Source: an uncultured virus (IMG/VR IMGVR_UViG_3300026413_000011) | Lineage: Duplodnaviria; Heunggongvirae; Uroviricota; Caudoviricetes | IMG/VR virus record: IMGVR_UViG_3300026413_000011 | Coordinates: 62,001-125,376 of that record | Reading direction: 5' to 3' (one strand) | DNA length: 63,376 nucleotides | Shown here: positions 29,218-36,174 of the stretch, piece by piece | How positions within the stretch are numbered: position 1 is the first letter of the stretch | Layout of the letters: the number at the start of each line of letters is the position of its first letter | Notes under the pieces: model-generated | Seen by the model: only the letters and a program-made list of their open reading frames with translations | What the model was told of the DNA's origin: nothing | The model's database searches: none | Translations under genes and position numbers: made by a program

Positions 29218-29974
29218 TAATTAGTCCCAGCTATACAAACTTGTAGATCGCCACTGGGGAACTTTTCAACCTAACACATCGCTGTTCATGAAGACTAGCA
29301 CGGAAGTTAGGTCTATCTACTACTCACCTCACAAGCAGCTTCAGAATGCGATGGAGGGCAAGTATTCGAGAATATGTGCACACCAAGTAACCACTCAAGA
29401 GGTACACCCGTGTGCGCGGAGGAAACGCCCTTCCTCATTGGGACTATGACCACCCGAAGGCTCACTGTCGTGCAGATGGCCTCACATCTAAAACCCTTAG
29501 GTTCTCAATGTAGACCGGTGACGGAATCTACTAATCCGTTGTAGCCGAGTCATCACGCTTCTTCGGAATGAGCGCCTTAGTAACCAGGACTATCTGGCCT
29601 TTGGGGTATCGAGGGTACGGGCATCGAGTTTCCCTGTTAACTGATTACTCTAGTCTTTTATCAGTCGTCATTGGGTATCATTCATAGAACTCACAAGTGC
29701 AACTCTGCGCCCTAGTCTGAGGATTAATCAGACACCTGTGTAGTCCAGAGCCTAGGACGGATTAAGTCCAAGGTCTTGCATCTCTCAGTGGAGAGACGTA
29801 TTGTAAGAGAGTGATGAAACGATCCTCTACCTTCATCTATTCGGACTCAGGCGACCTTTTCAGCGCAGTGGGGTGGAGTGCACTTACCCAACACCCTGTC
29901 ATGGGCTCTTACAAAATCGATTGCCTAAGGTGTGTTAGACCAGAGGACTTGCAGACCGAAGTCTGTGATGAAAT
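29218..29974 (-). ncRNA. candidate large structured ncRNA (or series of RNAs) between tRNA-Trp and tRNA-Leu
   Basis: ~750 nt with no ORF of 60 aa or more; many hairpins and long-range closing stems. Confidence 0.55.
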
Positions 29975-30050
29975 TGGCGGGCCATGATGGACTCGAACCA
30001 CCAACACCCGGCTTTGGAGGCCGGTGTTCTGCCAATTGAACTAATGACCC
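29975..30050 (-). tRNA. tRNA-Trp(CCA)
   Basis: loop CT-CCA-AA, G73, CCA. Confidence 0.93.
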
Positions 30051-30160
30051 TGAAATTGGCCGGGTTTATTTAAGTGAGGTTCCGGTATCTCACCCCTGAA
30101 CGTGAAGGTTTTAGGCTGCCTTCACTTACGCTCTGATGGAGGTCTAACGGCAACCTCTCG

Positions 30161-30187
30161 TATACTATTACACAATCAGTATTTTAT
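30161..30187 (-). promoter_or_regulatory. putative promoter for tRNA unit 2
   Basis: AAAATACT-N13-TATA. Confidence 0.65.
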
Positions 30188-30189
30188 TA

Positions 30190-30684
30190 TTACGGAAGTG
30201 TAATGGTGTACGTTCGTCTTTCTGCTGCACCCCAACTAGCTTGGGCTGATCGAGAATCCAAGGTTACCCACTCACCTTGTTGGTTCTTCGCTTCCAACCT
30301 AAATGTGTTTGGCATACGTACACCTTCGTTAGAGGGAGAACCTACGTTTACCAATACGTAACTGGTTGGCGTAATGGCTACCGGTAATACAAAGCTAACC
30401 CATGAGTTATTCTGCTGGCCTGCTGAAGAAGTCCATTTTGACTGACCATTACCATCAATCGCTAAATAAGCATCATAGGTGCCACCACTACTGTAGTAAC
30501 TTGATTGGTTAGCTGTCACACCAGCCATTCTTAGCCGGTTAGTATTAGTAGCATCATACAATTCTAATTCAGCTAGCTGTGCGTACGACGCTCCGTTAAC
30601 CGTAAGAATATACAACCGAAACTCTTTATACTGCCCTGGGGGTAACGAGTCATCTGCTTTAGGTTTTAACCATAATTCAAACAT
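30190..30684 (-). CDS. discoidin/F5-8 type C-like carbohydrate-binding protein
   Basis: AYLAIDGNGQSKWTS, PNTFRLEA...WVTLD; N-terminal MFELWL tag. Confidence 0.7.
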   Translation of the reverse strand: MFELWLKPKADDSLPPGQYKEFRLYILTVNGASYAQLAELELYDATNTNRLRMAGVTANQSSYYSSGGTYDAYLAIDGNGQSKWTSSAGQQNNSWVSFVLPVAITPTSYVLVNVGSPSNEGVRMPNTFRLEAKNQQGEWVTLDSRSAQASWGAAERRTYTITLP

Positions 30685-30693
30685 AGCGTCTTC

Positions 30694-31428
30694 CTATATT
30701 GGTACAGGCGTGTAATTACCGCGATACCGCACGTAGTTACTGATCCGCACATTACCTAGGTAACGAGCTACGTTGTTCGCGTTGTTGTTAAGTGCACCCA
30801 TGTACAACGTGGTGAGTGCAGCAAAGTTACCGGCGGGACCCGACTGGAAATAATCTTGTAATGGTGCAGAAGAACTACTGTTATTACCATTACGGATCTG
30901 GACTAGGTTGCCGTTTATATAGAATCTTAGGCGTCGTGCTTCGTCACAAGTAACTGCGTATCGCACTACCATACCAGTGTGCTCGGTTCTTGTAACGTTG
31001 ATCCGACATTCCGAACGGCCATTCGTGTTGTTGTTATCGGAGAACATGAGCAAGTTGTCGTACCCGGTATCACCGAATCGCATTGTAAAGCCTTTGTACA
31101 AAGTCGAGTCACTTAGATAGACTTCGTTTGTCCAAGTAGTGGCGTTAGCTGTTCTATACTCAGACCACTCTACTGTCCAGTTGGTCAACGAGAGATCGAG
31201 AGCTGGGTTCAGGTTCATTAGTAGTCGAGAACCTGAACCACCTGCTGTTGGCATATACAACGTAGGCTTACCATCAATCAGTTGCGCAGTGCTAACTACC
31301 GCACCGTTAGAAATAGTGATCGGACGGTTATTAATCGTTTCTTTCACTGTAGCCATGTCAATATAGAAAATGACATCACCTGTGTCCGGGGGTAATTGTT
31401 TTGTCCCAGATAGTAATTGTTCAAACAT
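30694..31428 (-). CDS. ConA/LamG-like lectin-domain protein
   Basis: WTVEW, RFYING, YLGNVRISNYVRY.GNYT; starts MFEQLL. Confidence 0.7.
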   Translation of the reverse strand: MFEQLLSGTKQLPPDTGDVIFYIDMATVKETINNRPITISNGAVVSTAQLIDGKPTLYMPTAGGSGSRLLMNLNPALDLSLTNWTVEWSEYRTANATTWTNEVYLSDSTLYKGFTMRFGDTGYDNLLMFSDNNNTNGRSECRINVTRTEHTGMVVRYAVTCDEARRLRFYINGNLVQIRNGNNSSSSAPLQDYFQSGPAGNFAALTTLYMGALNNNANNVARYLGNVRISNYVRYRGNYTPVPI

Positions 31429-31485
31429 AGTGAGTCCACCCATTTATATACAGACTATTGGACGGCATAAAGGAGGCAATGCCTC

Positions 31486-31683
31486 CTAACCATGTCGGAT
31501 ACCCCAATCGATCACGCGGTTCAATGCTTCCTGGGTCGGGATACGATTACGCATCCGTTCTTCGCATTCTTTGTCAAACTCAGCTACACGTTTACGTGAC
31601 TCTGCTAAACGGCGTTCGAGTTCTTCTGGTGGGATAGGTGGGTAGTTACCATTAGCGAGGTCGATCAATGCTTTCAAACTCAT
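31486..31683 (-). CDS. small helical protein, tandem paralog 5
   Basis: C-terminal RIPTQEALNRVID. Confidence 0.7.
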   Translation of the reverse strand: MSLKALIDLANGNYPPIPPEELERRLAESRKRVAEFDKECEERMRNRIPTQEALNRVIDWGIRHG

Positions 31684-31847
31684 AACGAAATAACCTTAGC
31701 CAATAATTCTTCCGATACTTCCTGAGCACGGAACTCCCGGCTCAGTCTTTTGTTTGTCTCAGCCATTCGAGCTTGAGCAGCACGTAAGCTTTCGGCATGA
31801 GTACCGTTACGATCACGGGCCTGCTCGATCAAACGTTCTAAGGTCAT
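31680..31847 (-). CDS. small helical protein, tandem paralog 4 (55 aa, not in ORF track)
   Basis: MTLERLIEQA...AQEVSEELLAKVISL; ATGA overlaps on both sides. Confidence 0.7.
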   Translation of the reverse strand: MTLERLIEQARDRNGTHAESLRAAQARMAETNKRLSREFRAQEVSEELLAKVISL

Positions 31848-32071
31848 AGCGTGCATCTCCGTGCTAATAATTCGGGAGTCATTCGCATTGCTTCGAAGTC
31901 CGCTTCTGCCTTAGCATTGAATACACGGGATCGCTCACTGGCATCCCGTAATCGAATAGCTTTAGTTGCTCCCATCCGTTTACGTGCGGCAGCGCATAGG
32001 TCGTCTATCCCCTTCATTTGGCTAGCCACATTGCCCACAGTCCCCGGAACAAACGTTACATGTTTTTCCAT
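31844..32071 (-). CDS. small helical protein, tandem paralog 3 (start may be 32017)
   Basis: C-terminal AMRMTPELLARRCTL. Confidence 0.7.
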   Translation of the reverse strand: MEKHVTFVPGTVGNVASQMKGIDDLCAAARKRMGATKAIRLRDASERSRVFNAKAEADFEAMRMTPELLARRCTL

Positions 32072-32168
32072 TGTTTCTACCTTTAACCAAATAGGGTTTC
32101 CGGTTATCTTTACGGAAGAGCCACAGAAGACCGATAATTAGTCCAACCATGACAACGATTATTTTCAT
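32022..32168 (-). CDS. possible 48-aa TM + Cys-rich micro-protein
   Basis: MKIIVVMVGLIIGLLWLF...CNVCSGDCGQCG; ATGA overlap with upstream stop. Confidence 0.45.
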   Translation of the reverse strand: MKIIVVMVGLIIGLLWLFRKDNRKPYLVKGRNNGKTCNVCSGDCGQCG

Positions 32169-32335
32169 AAGTCGATTACCCGACTAAGCATCTCTGGAGT
32201 AACGCGTTGTGCTTCAGCTTGTCGCTTTAGTATCAGTGTCATTAGACGTGTACGAGCACGTGCCTTTCGTAAGAACTCATCATGATCTTTATAACCCATG
32301 ACTTTCCAGCAAGTGGGTTCTCTTTCTACTGTCAT
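32165..32335 (-). CDS. small helical protein, tandem paralog 2 (56 aa, not in ORF track)
   Basis: MTVEREPT...AQRVTPEMLSRVIDL. Confidence 0.7.
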   Translation of the reverse strand: MTVEREPTCWKVMGYKDHDEFLRKARARTRLMTLILKRQAEAQRVTPEMLSRVIDL

Positions 32336-32514
32336 AACGTACACCTTTTCTCTAGGATCTCAGGAGTCATTCGTTGATTCTCTAGTTGTGTAGATAGTCG
32401 TTGATTGAGTTCTTCCATGTGTTTCTTCTGGTGATCTTGGAACTCGTCTTGGGTCATTCCCATAGCAGATGCTATCCGCTCAGCTATTCGTTCTACTAAA
32501 CCAGGTGTCATCAT
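32332..32514 (-). CDS. small helical protein, tandem paralog 1
   Basis: C-terminal NQRMTPEILEKRCTL. Confidence 0.7.
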   Translation of the reverse strand: MMTPGLVERIAERIASAMGMTQDEFQDHQKKHMEELNQRLSTQLENQRMTPEILEKRCTL

Positions 32515-32720
32515 GACTTAGACTCACTGAATGTACGGAGGAAGATACTTTCTGCAATAGTCCATACTGTACCCATTGGTGCATCTTCAGTAGGACCTAA
32601 GTTAGTATAGACAACCATAGGCCAACTACAGTCCTGTGCATGTCGAGCTAAGTACAGAACACGGAATGGTTTGCCTGTAGGGGAACGATAGACTTTTTGT
32701 TCTTCAATACGTTCTAGCAT
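32511..32720 (-). CDS. DUF1653-like small protein
   Basis: YRSPTGKPFRVL.LARH...MVVY...VWT....FL..F. Confidence 0.65.
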   Translation of the reverse strand: MLERIEEQKVYRSPTGKPFRVLYLARHAQDCSWPMVVYTNLGPTEDAPMGTVWTIAESIFLRTFSESKS

Positions 32721-33004
32721 TAGTCACCTGTATGGTCAATTTCATATTCGGCTAGTTTACGTTTCAGTTCTTCATTCTCCGAACGAAGGGTTTGGTAATC
32801 TGATAGCCGTACATAACTTTTAATATATCGTCTTACCCAGTCCAGCGCTTCAGCCTCACTATTGAGGTGCCCTGAGTTGCCATATGACGAGCACAATACA
32901 TTCCAGTAAGGTCCATCTTTACCGATCGTGTATGTAGGGAATTCTAATATTCGACATCCATCTCGTGTTAGTTTCCCGTGGAACAGTAGATCTTCCGCTG
33001 GCAT
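32720..33004 (-). CDS. hypothetical protein
   Basis: GAGGA SD; C-terminal coiled-coil-like segment. Confidence 0.65.
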   Translation of the reverse strand: MPAEDLLFHGKLTRDGCRILEFPTYTIGKDGPYWNVLCSSYGNSGHLNSEAEALDWVRRYIKSYVRLSDYQTLRSENEELKRKLAEYEIDHTGD

Positions 33005-33063
33005 TTGTTTTCCTCTTTTATGATTGGCGGCATAAAAGGAGTCCTAAGACTCCCCAATGCTAA

Positions 33064-33138
33064 TGGCTCCCACTCCTGGATTCGAACCAGGGACCGCACG
33101 GTTAACAGCCGTGTGCTCTACCGCTGAGCTAAGTGGGA
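33064..33138 (-). tRNA. tRNA-Asn(GUU)
   Basis: loop CT-GTT-AA, G73, CCA. Confidence 0.95.
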
Positions 33139-33143
33139 ATGTT

Positions 33144-33219
33144 TGGCTCCGAGACCAGGGTTCGAACCTGGGACCAACGGATTAACAGTCCGCTGCTCTA
33201 CCTACTGAGCTATCTCGAA
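33144..33219 (-). tRNA. tRNA-Asn(GUU), second divergent copy
   Basis: loop CT-GTT-AA, G73, CCA. Confidence 0.95.
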
Positions 33220-33416
33220 TGAAATTGAATTGCGATACCAGGCTTCCTCTGGATGACCTTTGACCCTAGCTCGCTGTGTGGACTAGGAGGCGCTTGAAAT
33301 CTTTACCCGAACAGTTCCCTAGTAATTGATTACCCTGCGCGTCAGGTCGCGTTTACTAGGTAGGCGCGTAGCGTCGCCTCGTTTTAGTTCTGTACCTAAG
33401 TACCTTCTGTTCGGCA

Positions 33417-33492
33417 CACCGACCTGCGGGGATCGAACCCGCGACATCAACCCTGATACAGGGTGCGCTCTCCCAACTGAGCTAAGGTGGTG
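33417..33492 (-). ncRNA. tRNA-like element / pseudo-tRNA with aberrant anticodon arm
   Basis: canonical D and T arms; anticodon arm ACCCTG-TAT-CAGGGT, bulged acceptor stem, no CCA. Confidence 0.65.
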
Positions 33493-33499
33493 ATGAAAC

Positions 33500-33576
33500 T
33501 GGTCTAAGTGGGAGGACTCGAACCTCCGACCACGTGGTCCCAAACCACGCATTCTATCCAACTGAACTACACTTAG
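33500..33576 (-). tRNA. tRNA-Pro(UGG)
   Basis: loop TT-TGG-GA, C1-G72, A73, CCA. Confidence 0.95.
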
Positions 33577-33777
33577 AGAAAAGGGTGATCACCTTGTTAC
33601 CTGGACTCTACCTACCGTACGAATCGGTAAGTGGTGTTTGTCAGAAGATGATCGACTAGCAGTCGCCGGTCCGCCCGGTCATGGGGTTTTAACCCTTCGA
33701 TGCTAGTAAAGATTACCAAGGCTTGCAACGAGCTAACGGTTACCCGTTTGGTGCAAGAGCTGATCCGGTAATCGAAT

Positions 33778-33853
33778 TGGCGACTCCAAGGGGATTTGAA
33801 CCCCTGACCACCGGCGTGACAGGCCGGTACGCTAACCGCTGCGCTATGGAGCC
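33778..33853 (-). tRNA. tRNA-Asp(GUC)
   Basis: loop CT-GTC-AC, G73, CCA. Confidence 0.95.
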
Positions 33854-33863
33854 GTAAAACATC

Positions 33864-33957
33864 GAATTAGTAGCGCTCTAACCTGTAAGCTAACAGCCCT
33901 GTTGGGTAGGCGGGCCTTCCGAGTCAAGGGTATTGAACCCAAGTCCTCTACTAATTC
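33864..33957 (-). ncRNA. circularly permuted tRNA-like RNA (T arm before D arm; YrlA-like topology)
   Basis: 10-bp terminal stem GAATTAGTAG/CTACTAATTC enclosing a GGG-TTCAATA-CCC T arm, then a TA-GCTT-ACAGGTTA-GAGC D arm. Confidence 0.6.
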
Positions 33958-33961
33958 AAAT

Positions 33962-34044
33962 TGGTGGGTTGGCGTGGATTCGAACCACGGTAGCCTAGGC
34001 GCGGATTTACAGTCCGATGGGTTTGACCGCTCCCCTAACAACCC
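33962..34044 (-). tRNA. tRNA-Tyr(GUA)
   Basis: loop CT-GTA-AA, variable arm, A73, CCA. Confidence 0.93.
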
Positions 34045-34082
34045 TTAAAGCAAACAATGTCGTTTATAACGCCATCGTGAAT

Positions 34083-34159
34083 TGGTGTGAACGGAGAGGA
34101 TTGAACTCTCGACCACTGGAGTCACATTCCAGGGTTCTACCAACTGAACTACGTTCACC
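34083..34159 (-). tRNA. tRNA-His(GUG)
   Basis: loop AT-GTG-AC, encoded G-1, A73, CCA. Confidence 0.9.
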
Positions 34160-34187
34160 ATCAAGCATGAGGCAGCAACTGCTCTCG

Positions 34188-34215
34188 TATACTATTACAC
34201 ACCGAGTATTATTTT
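34188..34215 (-). promoter_or_regulatory. putative promoter for tRNA unit 3
   Basis: AATACT-N13-TATA. Confidence 0.65.
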
Positions 34216-34295
34216 ACTTCGGGGCAAAGACAACTGTGATTGGATTGCACTATTGCGCTGGTCCAATCACATATAGTTGTATATAAAACAACAAC

Positions 34296-34802
34296 TTAGT
34301 TCTCATCGTATTCGAGGACGATATTTGTGATGTATGCCGGTGAATATGATAGTCCTGTTCGACCACCAAACTTAACACTCAATTCACTCTGTGGGATGGG
34401 TGGATCGAAAGTGCGCGTTAAGGTACCATTGAAGTCCGCGGTCACCAGCACTCGATCATGGAGATCGGAAACTAGACGGAATCCAGCTTGACCGTTCCAT
34501 TCGTCATATAAACCAACGCGAGTATCCCATGTAGTTCCTGGTAGCCAATAGAAGTAAGCCGCTGTAAGAGCGGCTGTGTTAGCAGCATAACGGAAATTAG
34601 CTGTTAGCTTCTTAATCAGGCGGCCTTGCGGATCTGGTTTGAAGTCATAGCGTTTACCATCACCTGGCGTAGTTTGCTGGTTGTTTGGTGCATAGACTTC
34701 ACCGTTTCCATTTACCGCTAGTCCAGTGGTATCTGCCAACATTGAAATCAATGTATCGCCTGGCGGATCGTATTTTTTACCTGCTAGTAATTGTTCCCAC
34801 AT
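34296..34802 (-). CDS. MWEQLL-tagged putative virion accessory protein
   Basis: MWEQLLAGKKYDPPGD N-terminus resembles the 30694 and 27396 genes. Confidence 0.7.
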   Translation of the reverse strand: MWEQLLAGKKYDPPGDTLISMLADTTGLAVNGNGEVYAPNNQQTTPGDGKRYDFKPDPQGRLIKKLTANFRYAANTAALTAAYFYWLPGTTWDTRVGLYDEWNGQAGFRLVSDLHDRVLVTADFNGTLTRTFDPPIPQSELSVKFGGRTGLSYSPAYITNIVLEYDEN

Positions 34803-34934
34803 GTTGAGGATCTCGTTTGCCTGACCGGTAATTAGCCGGAGGTCTTCGTTTGTTGCTATCTTCTACAACGAGCGCACCCTCACGCAAGAAAGGTGGGCGA
34901 TTGGCAAAAGCCGTTGGATGCGGGATGTAGGAGA

Positions 34935-35333
34935 TCATCGATTGGCCATCCAATTAATGACGTTAGCCATCTTAGGTAGGTCTTCGAAGATGAACGCTTT
35001 GTACTTCGACAACAACTTCTTGATCTGCTCGTTGGATCGGTGTTGATGTTCGTTCCAGGTGAACCCTTCGACTTCCATGAACATTACGAATAACGGTCTG
35101 TCGGATTGAATAGCGAGTTCTGTGAGCTCTGCTATAGAATACATACCCACAGCAGCAGGAGTAATGACAAACACGTTAATGCTGGCAGACTGCTTCGCTG
35201 CGTCTTCTTTTGCGGCATCTTCTGGCTTCCAATCTTTAACAACTGGGTTGAAGTAAGGAACAGTTAGTAATGGAATCAACTGCTCCCGGTAATCGGGTCC
35301 GGCGCACGTACCACCTAAGAATACTTCTTTCAT
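34935..35333 (-). CDS. nucleoside 2-deoxyribosyltransferase-like protein
   Basis: VFLGGTC...YRE...YFNPVVKDW...FVITP...YSIAEL. Confidence 0.7.
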   Translation of the reverse strand: MKEVFLGGTCAGPDYREQLIPLLTVPYFNPVVKDWKPEDAAKEDAAKQSASINVFVITPAAVGMYSIAELTELAIQSDRPLFVMFMEVEGFTWNEHQHRSNEQIKKLLSKYKAFIFEDLPKMANVINWMANR

Positions 35334-35474
35334 TTCCGTGTTACTCGGTAAGCATCGCGCCACAGATCAACACGAACGAATCCGCGTCCTTTGTTAAACC
35401 CACCACCGATACGAATCATCTCGTTATCGGCTTCCAGTGGGATGTGTGTGATTGCCAGGTGTTTCGTTACGTCT

Positions 35475-35990
35475 TTAACCGGCTGGTAAAGCGGTCGCAG
35501 GGCCAAGCGAATAATTCGTTCCACGTTCGAGCTCCGTCTTTCTTGGGTCAACTTTTGGTTTAGTAGGCCGGGTGACGAATCGGTACGCGTCTACGCCAAC
35601 TTGGATAATGTTCCGTCTCCAAGCAGCAACATTCAAAACACGCATGGCTTCGTAAAGAATACGATCAATTTCTTCACGGTCGATCTTCACCTGGGTAGGC
35701 ACACCATTAACTACTTGCGTAATTTCATAATGTTCACACAACCAGTCGTGTAAGGTACACGCTTGGGAATATTCGCCCAGGGGTGGAATCAACCACTGTA
35801 GGAAGAATGGAACGGAAGCACCGTCAGTTAGAAAGCCGGTAGGGACGTCGACATACTTGTCTGAGTTCTCATGTCCGATGTAATAACGGAAGCCTTCAGT
35901 GACACGGTAATAGTTCTTCCCTAAGATGTTGCTAGCGTTGTCATCCAGGGTTAAGTGGTTTGCAGCGGTAAAGCGGGTAAATGAACTCAT
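35475..35990 (-). CDS. DUF1353 family protein
   Basis: VPTGFLTDGASVP...P.GEY..AC.LHDWL; AAGGAG SD. Confidence 0.8.
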   Translation of the reverse strand: MSSFTRFTAANHLTLDDNASNILGKNYYRVTEGFRYYIGHENSDKYVDVPTGFLTDGASVPFFLQWLIPPLGEYSQACTLHDWLCEHYEITQVVNGVPTQVKIDREEIDRILYEAMRVLNVAAWRRNIIQVGVDAYRFVTRPTKPKVDPRKTELERGTNYSLGPATALPAG

Positions 35991-36050
35991 TGTGGTTCTC
36001 CTTCTGTAACATACGATTGCGGCATAAAGGCCATCCCGAAGGATAGCCCT

Positions 36051-36146
36051 TACAAGTGACAATCACAGAAGGATCTCTTCTAGAAGCGCTCCGTAGGATG
36101 CTCCGGCGAGTGACTGGGTGGTGTTGAGGCACGCAGGTCCTCAACT
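36051..36146 (-). ncRNA. candidate stand-alone ~100-nt small RNA
   Basis: between promoter-like motif 36146-36173 and terminator 36020-36050; hairpins GTTGAGG/CCTCAAC and AGAAG/CTTCT. Confidence 0.45.
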
Positions 36147-36174
36147 ATACTATCTCCCGCCAAGTATTTTATTC

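Noticed and set aside
29218..29974. tmRNA, RNase P RNA or group I/II intron as the identity of the long non-coding stretch
   Set aside because: No tRNA-Ala-like ends or tag ORF, no recognisable catalytic-core motifs by eye, and the flanking tRNAs are intact; a covariance-model search is still needed
29975..30050. Suppressor tRNA or recoded genetic code
   Set aside because: All anticodons are sense, and core genes translate full length with the standard code
35941..36144. 67-aa - strand ORF over the candidate sRNA
   Set aside because: TTG start with no SD; runs through a terminator into the next gene
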